Shown one piece after another: positions 16,201 to 24,308 of a DNA stretch of 25,664 nt; within the stretch, counting starts at the first letter, position 1, and every line of letters begins with the position of its first letter. A program made the translations under genes and the position numbers. Below the pieces are notes generated by a model. It saw only the letters and a program-made list of their open reading frames with translations. It had not been told where the DNA came from and made no database searches. Source of the stretch: a virus. Its lineage: Duplodnaviria; Caudoviricetes. The stretch spans positions 1 to 25,664 of the IMG/VR virus record IMGVR_UViG_3300017766_001736, one strand, 5' to 3'.

Positions 16201-19200
16201 ACTTTTAGGTAAACCTTCTTTAGTATCACCATTTCTAAACTGAACTGTGATTTTATCTGTTGCTGTTTTAAGAGCTTCAAACATTTTTAATCTTGATGCT
16301 TCCTTAATAAGTTTAGTATCAGATGATAATCTAGTTTGAGCTAATGTATTTTGTAACGCTTTATATTTTATAAAACTTGGACTATCAACTCCATTTTCTG
16401 TAATACCTGCATATGCACTTTTAACTAATCTTTGTTGTCTTGCATATTCTTTTACTAATGGTTGAGACACAAAGTATACAGCTTCTCTTTTAGGAACACC
16501 AGCTTTTAATAATGAAAGTAATACTGGTACAATTTCTTTATTAGCTTGAATAAAGAATATCCATGCATCTTTCTCAACGTCAACTGCACCATTCATTAAG
16601 TGTGAAAATAAATCTGCAATCTTATCTTTACCGTCAACACTATTAATACCTGATAATGAGATTCTACCATCTTTAGTTTTATTATGGTCAAGTAATAATC
16701 TCATTTTGTAGTCTACATCCTCAAGTTCTTTATAAACTTTATTATTATCATCCCATGTTTGATGCTTATATGTTTTAGGTAAAGCAGCTCCTAATGATGT
16801 AAATAATGGATGCAATGCATTCTCTAGAGCAATAATACCTAATACATCTTTACCAACCATGTTTGCCTCATGTTTGTGTAAGTTATATCCTACTTCAAAT
16901 ATATCTGTTGGACTAATTGTTTTAAACTCTTTATACTCTGGTGAGTCATCAACTAATTCATCCGCAATATCTTGTAACAGGTATGTATCATTAGGTCTAA
17001 CTAATGTAGCATAGTTATTAGGTAACTCAAGTATACCTCTAATAGAATCAATTAATTTATTTTCTAAAGCTGCTTTTTGTAACTTGATTAGTCTTGTCAT
17101 TTCAGCTTTATCACCTTTCTTTTTAGATGCAGCAATAAGTCTATCTAATGTTTCAGTATCCATACCTGATTCAACATATTGACCTCTTGCATCTATATTA
17201 GGCATAAATGTAGTAAGCTTATCAACGTCATAATCCGCACCTGACTTAGCAACAATCTCTGATGGGGGTATAATAATATTACCTGCAGATGGATCTAAGA
17301 ACTCATATACTTCCATAAACTCCATAGAGTTTAATCCTTGTACCGGAATCCTTACAGCTGTCATAGTGATAGCTTTACGGTTATTACCTGTATTCAACCA
17401 CTTATCATCTTTAATCATCTCATTTAATCTTTCTCTTGTACCAATAACTTCTCCGTCATTGTCTTTAAGTTTTAAAAGATTATTAAAGTCACCTTGTAAA
17501 GCAATAGCAACTTTCATTGCAGCTGTTTTACCACTAACTGATTTTACTTTTGGAGTTTTACCAGCAATTATATCATTTAAATAATTGATTTCAACTCTTA
17601 AGTTTTCCTTATTTGTATCAGTATAGTATTTAGCTTGGTCAGCTAGTATATCTGTATATTTTTTAAGAGCTTCTTTAAGTTTATCTTGTGTATACCCGTT
17701 ATATTTATCATCAAGATTAATATCTTCAGGATGATAGAATGGTAAGTTATTACTACCTAAGTATTTTTCTATGTCTTTAGTTTCTGCTTTATCAAATTTA
17801 AAACCTGAATCCCACAATCCATTAGACATAGAACTTGCTACCTGTACTAAAGCCTCACCTTTAACTTTCTGTTTAACAATTCTTTTTTCAACTAAAACCA
17901 CAAGCATTTTCTCAATATCATCTGATAATAAGTGTAATGATAAGTCTTTAGTTATTTTATTGTCTTTACCTACCTGAATATATTTTACTAAGTGTTCTGG
18001 TAATTCTTTTCTTTCTAGTTCTCTTTGAACTACATCCATGAACTTAGTAATATCACCACTTACATATTTACCATTAACTTTCTCATATCCAATTTCTTCA
18101 AGTAATTCTTTCTTAAGTAAATCAGTATAATTAGCAATAGCATCTTCATATGCTTTAATATATGGAGCATAATCTTTATTTACTATTTCTCCATTTTCAT
18201 ATAAACCTTCAAGAATAAGTTTTCTTAACTGAGTTGAGAATACAGTTTTACCTTTGTACTTAGTAGGTACAGATGTAACATTTTTAAGATATGATAAGTA
18301 TATAGTATTAGGTGTAAACTTAATATCTGATTTTATTTTCTTTTGTAAACCTTTATCATCATATATCTGATCAGCTTTACCATCAGAAGTAATACTACCT
18401 ACTTTAGAACCAGTTTGGAATGTAGCATATTGTATATTAGATTTCATCATCTGATGATGTAATGACTCTAAGTCAGAACCTTTTATCACAGATGGAATTA
18501 ATGGCATCAATGCAAACTTATGCATTGCATTAACAGGTAAAGCTGTATTAGCTAAATGACCAAAGTGTTGTAATTTATATACTGGAAAGAATCTTACTAC
18601 ATTTTCAGCTTTAATTGGTCTATCATTAATAACATCTTGGAATAACTTTTCTTGTTCAGCTCCCCAATTATTTTCTGCTAATCTTAAATTACGGTATGCA
18701 TCAATAGTTATAAAACCTTGACCATCACCTTCTTCCATTTTAGTATATTTCTTTAACTCTTTTTTTAATCTGTAATCAATCTCAGCTTGTGATAGTTTTG
18801 ATTTTTTATAGTCATCTCTTAATGCTTTCTCAATATTTTTAATATATATTGAATCTCTTTCAACATCCTGCATAATTGCAGTATTAAAAGTATTAGTATA
18901 ATTAAACTTGTTATATTTTTCACCAAAGTTTGAATCTTTAGCTAACTTATAACCATAAGAAGACTTTTTAATAAGGTCACTCTGTAAAAAGTTTTGAGTA
19001 TAGACATCATCCATAAAACCTCTACCACCAGATGTAGAACCAGTATTTCTCTTATGCATTTCTTGTTTAGCATGATTATACTGTGTTGTATCACCATAGA
19101 TTAAGTTAGCAGTCTCAAAGTTATGAATCCATGAATTCATTGTATATGCTTTTACAAGTAACTCATGTTTATCTGAATCTTCTAAAGTAGAAAATACATT

Positions 19201-22200
19201 AAGCTTATTCATTAAAGCTGGGTCATAAAATGGAGACTCAGAAAACTTTTCATAGTTTTTAATTGACTGACCATTAAAGTATTCAGTTATTTGATTAGCA
19301 ATAATAGCTTTAACTTGAGGATTTTTATTTAAGTAATCTCTTAAATCACCGTCTTTAACTTCATCAATTAATTGATCTTTAGTATCTTTACTTAATATTT
19401 TATCAAATGCTGTAAATACTTCACCTGCATATATAGGATTTTCTTTAGTACCAACATTTCTATTGTAACCTTTATAGTTTTTAAATAAGTCTATATTAGC
19501 TTTAAAAGTTTGGATTCTTTTTAACTCAGCTTGTATGTACCCAATAAATATATTATCAATGGCATAGTCATATCCATTACCATTAGGTCCAAACATTTCA
19601 ATATCTACATATAAGTTACTCTTTTTCTTTTTAAGTCCACCTGAAATACCATTTGATACTTTCATACCAAATGAAGATGACTTAGAAGCATGTCTCATAA
19701 ACTCAGTGATACCTGATTTTAACATCATGTTCAATTCTTGGATATACTTACTTTGAACATCTAATGAAGTTGTATTAGCTCCTGTATTATCACTCACAAT
19801 TTGAGTACCTGCTACCATTGATAATTCAATTTTAGAATCACCTTTTCTAGCATTAAGTGTTACACCATCATTAAAGAAAATATTTTTTAAGATTTGTGAC
19901 TCTAATGTAAATGAGTTTATATTAGGATTAAGGTAACTCATGTATTGGTAACTATCTCCATTCCATAGATCTTTACCATTAGTTACATTATTAATAGCAT
20001 CAACAACTAAACTTACTGTATTATCTTCAATGAATTCATTAACTAGATTCTTTTCTGGGTTTAATACACTAAAGCTTGAGTAATTAGTACCGTATGTACT
20101 TTGTAGTTCAGCTAATCTTTTAATTATATTTTTTTCTGATGTAGTTTCTTTATAAATTCCTGCAGGTATATCACCATATAATGCACCAACTGGATTTGAT
20201 TTAAACTTTTTTACAAAGTTTTTATGTTCAGTACTTGCATTTTCATCTTTACTTATTTTATGTAATTCTTTAACAATATTAAATAAAGATGGTAAGCCAT
20301 AATATTCTTGTCTATTATTTAACTCTCTTTTTAATAAAGCTAAATCTTGTAAACCTATACCTAATGCATTAGCAAAAGGTATAGCAACCTCACTACTAAA
20401 TGATTTACGGTCAAAGTCCTCAACAAGTTTATCCAAGTTTAGTATAGACTTATTATCTGCAGTCTTATTGATATAATTAGTTTTTTGAGAAGCTTTAAAA
20501 TTACTACTAAACTTATCTACAATATTTTTAAACTCAATAGATGCATCGGTAACCTCAGATGAATAACCATTACCATCACTGTCATCAATTGTTAACTGAA
20601 TATATTTTAACTTAGTTTTCTTAAAGTCTTGCCAGAATGCAGCTTTAATATTAAACTCTTCAAGGTCATTTATATTTGTTGGATCCGGTATCTTATTAGC
20701 TACTAATTGTTTTAACTCAGGAAAAGCTACTGTAGCTGCATTAAGTTTTTGATACATCTTAACTGGATCCTTTTCACCACCAATAACTTTAGTAACTATA
20801 TTCCATGTTTTACTAAAATCTGCTAGTTCAGGGAAACCTAATTTACCTATTACTTGTTTATTATTATCAGAAAGTTTAAATAAACTTTTTAATATATATA
20901 GTGTTTCTTTCTCAGCTAGTTGTAATAATGATTTTTCACCTACTTTTTTATCAGAAAATTTTTCTGATTCTTCTGCATTCTCTGGTGCACTATTATCATC
21001 ATCTTCAGATACTTCATCATCAGATTCTATCTCAATATACTTTTGCTTGATTAAATCAAATGTACTATTATCAATATGGAATTTAATAACACCAGTTTTA
21101 GCATCACCCCAGTTTTTAATAGTTGCCTCAAGTATTCTTACTTTATCTTTTAATGATGTTACTTTATTAAAGTCATCTTCATCTGCTGCTTCAAGTTGTG
21201 CTTTGAAATAGTTTAACTTTTCTTCAAATCTTCCTTTTATAACATTGTATGCTACAGCTTTATTAGTATCATCAGTTAATAATTTTATTGTACCACTTCT
21301 TGTTGCTTTAGTAATTAGTCCTTCTTTTTCTGCAGCAACTCTATCATTATATACTTCATCAATTAATTGTGATAAAGCAGAATCAATTTGACTTGATACA
21401 GTCATAGAGTCCTGGAAACTTAAAGCTAATTCATTTGACTCAACATCCATTACACCCCTATCTCTATTAAGGACATTGAACATTGCATTATCAACAAGTG
21501 GTGTGTACTTATTTAAAAGTTTAGGGTTCTTACTTGCAAAGAATAGTCTTTCAAATAAATCTTCTTGAGTAGATCTCTTACCAAATAATGTTTTAATAAA
21601 GTTCCATATTCTTCTGAATATAGTATTTCTTACAGGAGCATCACCTACAGCTTTAGGATCTTTAGCATAAGTTCTATATTCTTCAGCTATTATTTCCTCT
21701 ACCTCAAGTGGAGAAAGATCATAGTTGTTTAATCTTTTTCTTGTCTCAGCATATAACTTAGTCTTTTGTTTTTTAGTTAAGTATAACTGAGAAAATGCAT
21801 GCCAAGCTTCATGATATAAATCTACAGCAGAACCACCAGTAGCAGTATCTAATTGTATTTTAGTATCTTGTAATCTTTTACCTGCTATAATGAATCTTGC
21901 ATAAACATCAGAGTTAACAATATTAGCCATGTGCTCAAGTTCAATGAACTTGGACAATGGAGAATTATTCCACCATTCTTGTGCTGCGTCAACTTCTTCT
22001 CTAGTAACATTACTAGGTAATTCAGCTGACCTGTTAAACATTGCATAAAATCTAGTCTTACCTGCTGGACTTTCTGTACCTTTTGGTTCAGTGTATTCAT
22101 TATCAGCTTTAGTTGCTTCTTCTTTTATTATCTCAGGTGTTCTTGGTTTTTCTTCTGCAGCATAATCAGTTTCAGCTACTTGACCTATTTTTTTACCTTT

Positions 22201-24297
22201 AGAATCATATATAGAAATAACATCTTTAAATAGTTTATTATCTTCTATGACATCACTTACAATAAAACTTACTGTAATATCATCTTTTGGTAAATTTTTA
22301 ACACTTACACCTTCTTCAAATCTTGCATTAATATATTTATCACCTGCTGTTAAACTAAAAGTTGTTGCATTAAAACTTCCTACAATAACACCTGGTAATG
22401 ATGGGTTTTGTTTTAACTTATCAACTAATTCATCTTTAGCTTGTCTTATAGCTGATCTAGGATCAGTAAATGTTTGTTCTTGTACTTGTTGTTTAGCTTT
22501 TTTTAACTCAGCAGATAATTTTTCATTTACTCTAAATGCAAAGTATGAGTTAAACGCACTAGTATCTGCATTTGGTGTAAAAATAATATTAGGATTAATT
22601 TGTTTTAAAAACTCTCTATAGTCTCCAGTTACAAGTTTACCATCAACATAATCAGTAAACTCAACATTATTCCATAGATCAGCATTATTCTTCATATTAG
22701 CATTATAAGTACCTGACTCATTTGATAATGCCTGAATAATTATTTCTTTAGCTTTTGCTGGATTAGATAAACCTACTGTGAATTTTTTAGGATTTTTTGC
22801 ATCAGTTTTATACTCAAGAATAAGTTCTTGTCTTTCTTTATTATATGATACAAATAGTTTTTTTCTTGACTTATTTATTTTATCATTTGAAAACTGTTCA
22901 TAAAAGTTATACTTTTCAAATGCATTAATAGTAGGATTAGATAATACAGAAGCAATTTTTTCAATCAAATATTTAGGCATATTTTTTCTGTCTACCATAA
23001 ACTCCTGACCATTAATATTGATTACAGTTGTACCTTCTTCAAACCCATCTCTTTTTTCTTTAACAGTAGTAAAGCTATAATTAATATCAATTTTATCTGA
23101 TAATTCTAAAAACTCTGATAACTCTAAATTACGTGCATCATAAAAATCTGGAATACCATTACTGATACTCATTATATCAAGTAACTTCTCATTCTTTTTA
23201 TCAGTTAGAATTTCATTTTTTAAATCAAAAAGAGCTTTGAATTGAGCTTGTTGCTCATCATAAAACATTTTATACAGTTCATCATAACTTTCACCCTTAG
23301 CCTTTAAATCTGCTTTAAATTCATCAAGAGTCATGTCAAGCTTACTAGCATAATTTGTAAGCATATCTTCTACAGACTGTATCTTACTTTCAATACCATA
23401 TATATCTTTAACTTCATATTCATCAGTCTGAGAATTATATGTAGCATTTCTTAAGAATTGATATACTGGTAAACCACCTTCTTCTTTAGATAATATGTCA
23501 CCATCCTTACTAAAGTTTATAATGTTACCTTGTTGATCTGATACTACTAGAACAATAATATCTGATGTTAAATTTGGTCCAATTCCTTTAGCAGAAATTG
23601 CATTACCTTTTGCATATAAATCTGCTGTAGTTTTATCTTTATTTGCAAATTTACTTAAAGGTATTGCTTTAAGGTTTAGTGTTCTACCTTGATAAGTTGG
23701 ACCAGTAATTTTATTTGTTTTACCATTGATTTCTAATTTAATTTTCTCAAGGGTATTATATATCCTTACTCTGTTTTGGTCAATTTCTTCTACAAACAGT
23801 TTACCTTTTTTATTAGGGTTAATAGAAACAAACTGTTGCATAGTAGATGTAAAAGCACTAGATGGTTTATATCTACCTGTATCACCTTCTGTTTCTTCTT
23901 CAGAATATGATGGTGTATTTGTATTTACTCCTTGTGCAATAACGGCATTTTTTAAATCTTTAACACTTGTCTCAGGTCTAAAATATTTTAATGTTTCAAG
24001 TAAACCATTTTCTGGATTTAAAAATTTACCAATTAAAGGTCTTATACTTGCCTCATTAATATTTAGATTAGCTAAACTATAATCACCAATAGCAGTATGC
24101 ATTAATGATGGTACATTCTGTAAAAATTTTGCAGCTGTATCAACATCTGATTTAGATTCAATTGTATTGAATAAATCATTCATATATGATACTGCATTAA
24201 TTTCTTGATTATTATTTAATGAGTCAAATAAGTCTCTATAAATTTTAGCAAATAACTTTTCTATTTGCTTTGTTGTTAAAGCACAAGTAATATTCAT
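13252..24297 (-). CDS. Giant virion-associated single-chain two-barrel DNA-dependent RNA polymerase with fused zincin and SLOG-like domains
   Basis: 3681 aa; RIPVQG (about 17335-17352) followed by GADYDVDK (DxDxD at 17221-17235); beta-like DGQGF and K...HK; zincin HEAWH...EEIIAE (21799-21813); SLOG-like domain about 14135-14795; second HEVKH (13798-13812). Confidence 0.9.
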   Translation of the reverse strand: MNITCALTTKQIEKLFAKIYRDLFDSLNNNQEINAVSYMNDLFNTIESKSDVDTAAKFLQNVPSLMHTAIGDYSLANLNINEASIRPLIGKFLNPENGLLETLKYFRPETSVKDLKNAVIAQGVNTNTPSYSEEETEGDTGRYKPSSAFTSTMQQFVSINPNKKGKLFVEEIDQNRVRIYNTLEKIKLEINGKTNKITGPTYQGRTLNLKAIPLSKFANKDKTTADLYAKGNAISAKGIGPNLTSDIIVLVVSDQQGNIINFSKDGDILSKEEGGLPVYQFLRNATYNSQTDEYEVKDIYGIESKIQSVEDMLTNYASKLDMTLDEFKADLKAKGESYDELYKMFYDEQQAQFKALFDLKNEILTDKKNEKLLDIMSISNGIPDFYDARNLELSEFLELSDKIDINYSFTTVKEKRDGFEEGTTVININGQEFMVDRKNMPKYLIEKIASVLSNPTINAFEKYNFYEQFSNDKINKSRKKLFVSYNKERQELILEYKTDAKNPKKFTVGLSNPAKAKEIIIQALSNESGTYNANMKNNADLWNNVEFTDYVDGKLVTGDYREFLKQINPNIIFTPNADTSAFNSYFAFRVNEKLSAELKKAKQQVQEQTFTDPRSAIRQAKDELVDKLKQNPSLPGVIVGSFNATTFSLTAGDKYINARFEEGVSVKNLPKDDITVSFIVSDVIEDNKLFKDVISIYDSKGKKIGQVAETDYAAEEKPRTPEIIKEEATKADNEYTEPKGTESPAGKTRFYAMFNRSAELPSNVTREEVDAAQEWWNNSPLSKFIELEHMANIVNSDVYARFIIAGKRLQDTKIQLDTATGGSAVDLYHEAWHAFSQLYLTKKQKTKLYAETRKRLNNYDLSPLEVEEIIAEEYRTYAKDPKAVGDAPVRNTIFRRIWNFIKTLFGKRSTQEDLFERLFFASKNPKLLNKYTPLVDNAMFNVLNRDRGVMDVESNELALSFQDSMTVSSQIDSALSQLIDEVYNDRVAAEKEGLITKATRSGTIKLLTDDTNKAVAYNVIKGRFEEKLNYFKAQLEAADEDDFNKVTSLKDKVRILEATIKNWGDAKTGVIKFHIDNSTFDLIKQKYIEIESDDEVSEDDDNSAPENAEESEKFSDKKVGEKSLLQLAEKETLYILKSLFKLSDNNKQVIGKLGFPELADFSKTWNIVTKVIGGEKDPVKMYQKLNAATVAFPELKQLVANKIPDPTNINDLEEFNIKAAFWQDFKKTKLKYIQLTIDDSDGNGYSSEVTDASIEFKNIVDKFSSNFKASQKTNYINKTADNKSILNLDKLVEDFDRKSFSSEVAIPFANALGIGLQDLALLKRELNNRQEYYGLPSLFNIVKELHKISKDENASTEHKNFVKKFKSNPVGALYGDIPAGIYKETTSEKNIIKRLAELQSTYGTNYSSFSVLNPEKNLVNEFIEDNTVSLVVDAINNVTNGKDLWNGDSYQYMSYLNPNINSFTLESQILKNIFFNDGVTLNARKGDSKIELSMVAGTQIVSDNTGANTTSLDVQSKYIQELNMMLKSGITEFMRHASKSSSFGMKVSNGISGGLKKKKSNLYVDIEMFGPNGNGYDYAIDNIFIGYIQAELKRIQTFKANIDLFKNYKGYNRNVGTKENPIYAGEVFTAFDKILSKDTKDQLIDEVKDGDLRDYLNKNPQVKAIIANQITEYFNGQSIKNYEKFSESPFYDPALMNKLNVFSTLEDSDKHELLVKAYTMNSWIHNFETANLIYGDTTQYNHAKQEMHKRNTGSTSGGRGFMDDVYTQNFLQSDLIKKSSYGYKLAKDSNFGEKYNKFNYTNTFNTAIMQDVERDSIYIKNIEKALRDDYKKSKLSQAEIDYRLKKELKKYTKMEEGDGQGFITIDAYRNLRLAENNWGAEQEKLFQDVINDRPIKAENVVRFFPVYKLQHFGHLANTALPVNAMHKFALMPLIPSVIKGSDLESLHHQMMKSNIQYATFQTGSKVGSITSDGKADQIYDDKGLQKKIKSDIKFTPNTIYLSYLKNVTSVPTKYKGKTVFSTQLRKLILEGLYENGEIVNKDYAPYIKAYEDAIANYTDLLKKELLEEIGYEKVNGKYVSGDITKFMDVVQRELERKELPEHLVKYIQVGKDNKITKDLSLHLLSDDIEKMLVVLVEKRIVKQKVKGEALVQVASSMSNGLWDSGFKFDKAETKDIEKYLGSNNLPFYHPEDINLDDKYNGYTQDKLKEALKKYTDILADQAKYYTDTNKENLRVEINYLNDIIAGKTPKVKSVSGKTAAMKVAIALQGDFNNLLKLKDNDGEVIGTRERLNEMIKDDKWLNTGNNRKAITMTAVRIPVQGLNSMEFMEVYEFLDPSAGNIIIPPSEIVAKSGADYDVDKLTTFMPNIDARGQYVESGMDTETLDRLIAASKKKGDKAEMTRLIKLQKAALENKLIDSIRGILELPNNYATLVRPNDTYLLQDIADELVDDSPEYKEFKTISPTDIFEVGYNLHKHEANMVGKDVLGIIALENALHPLFTSLGAALPKTYKHQTWDDNNKVYKELEDVDYKMRLLLDHNKTKDGRISLSGINSVDGKDKIADLFSHLMNGAVDVEKDAWIFFIQANKEIVPVLLSLLKAGVPKREAVYFVSQPLVKEYARQQRLVKSAYAGITENGVDSPSFIKYKALQNTLAQTRLSSDTKLIKEASRLKMFEALKTATDKITVQFRNGDTKEGLPKSLLDAINAGRIKQSDILSVKYTDPKYVLDENGKPKEDAYGNKKTIPLYTAVNKNHLLSNDNWYYVTQVATEGINQFTENELSKNIKDYDKSSPNAIAAFLHFLEFEREIKGISNLKRQANPDTKTSKTIQEILQKVVSLEEAADSSKIEPELAERLLKESILGTFFDKAIVNDVVAPLFNVTNNKTVSDFMLDTIKSRGGDITSKFGPGRDGVQAFISSYKNAIINYIYQNKLYDAVNSEEGYPGIPESFNNLDTEEFVDNFMFTLSKHNNLKERFPILEQLSDVTIKNKKKEGKEVVTVTTKTITLNNKSAVKGELAEAYYQNLIDLADDNVIKVKDPVENQVISDTFKVLPLMSIYQNGVGNTKYGLSYVLPDDVYFSLLEPSSREFLENNLNNKTLTEIANLLFANEFGQNNYLKSSYTGPRKQSSKTDTQYDSEENLPLGNVSENEQTITFGTQPSQQQTVSTNASEYTNHSGGAYGGDTFWDMIGREFGITDQRHYKDAGNPNLSQKLRNAGVKATILTKEQMDKARNEVERLLGEKYPDTLQGNLQVRNYYQVANADAVFAVAEIKPTTKPEVMGGTNTAVQLGIKMGKPVYVFDLDTKKWYTQDTEFLKTGYDSTKYEWNYNGWKEINTPTLTKNFAGVGSRDIENYNVQKDGKWVPRAQYKGPEVEAAAKQAIRDVYTNTFKATQLSTQPVSEVKKKEIFTINKGLEKKSFRNKPLNFVDKITTNKDAVVAMSNNRTTGVISIDAKAMQQKFNDKSWTKPTKQLDGSYATPLAENEFNTVDEWFTFALIHEVKHDTIFKQEGETTGQYEDRINQAALEDLRKNYNVKEVSKSESDITEEPEIDKNMKAFNAEVAKLGRMPKEFIVGPSKWVLNNMNLYDLVDKTTGSIFMKNMNMFTGKIVEETALDTPVNQKQLYNFTKQVINGVKEYKLDNILALKGIDIKDVFGAINKLTTDPQSTQRQLNNLINKILKAIC

Positions 24298-24308
24298 ATT
24301 TAATAATT

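Noticed and set aside
17231-17240. GTGCGGATTA at the RNAP catalytic motif (- strand) equals the 5' splice-site sequence 519-528, a possible second IGS target
   Set aside because: The pairing 7-mer TGCGGAT is expected about once by chance in this window and also occurs at 16960-16966; no P10 complement follows.
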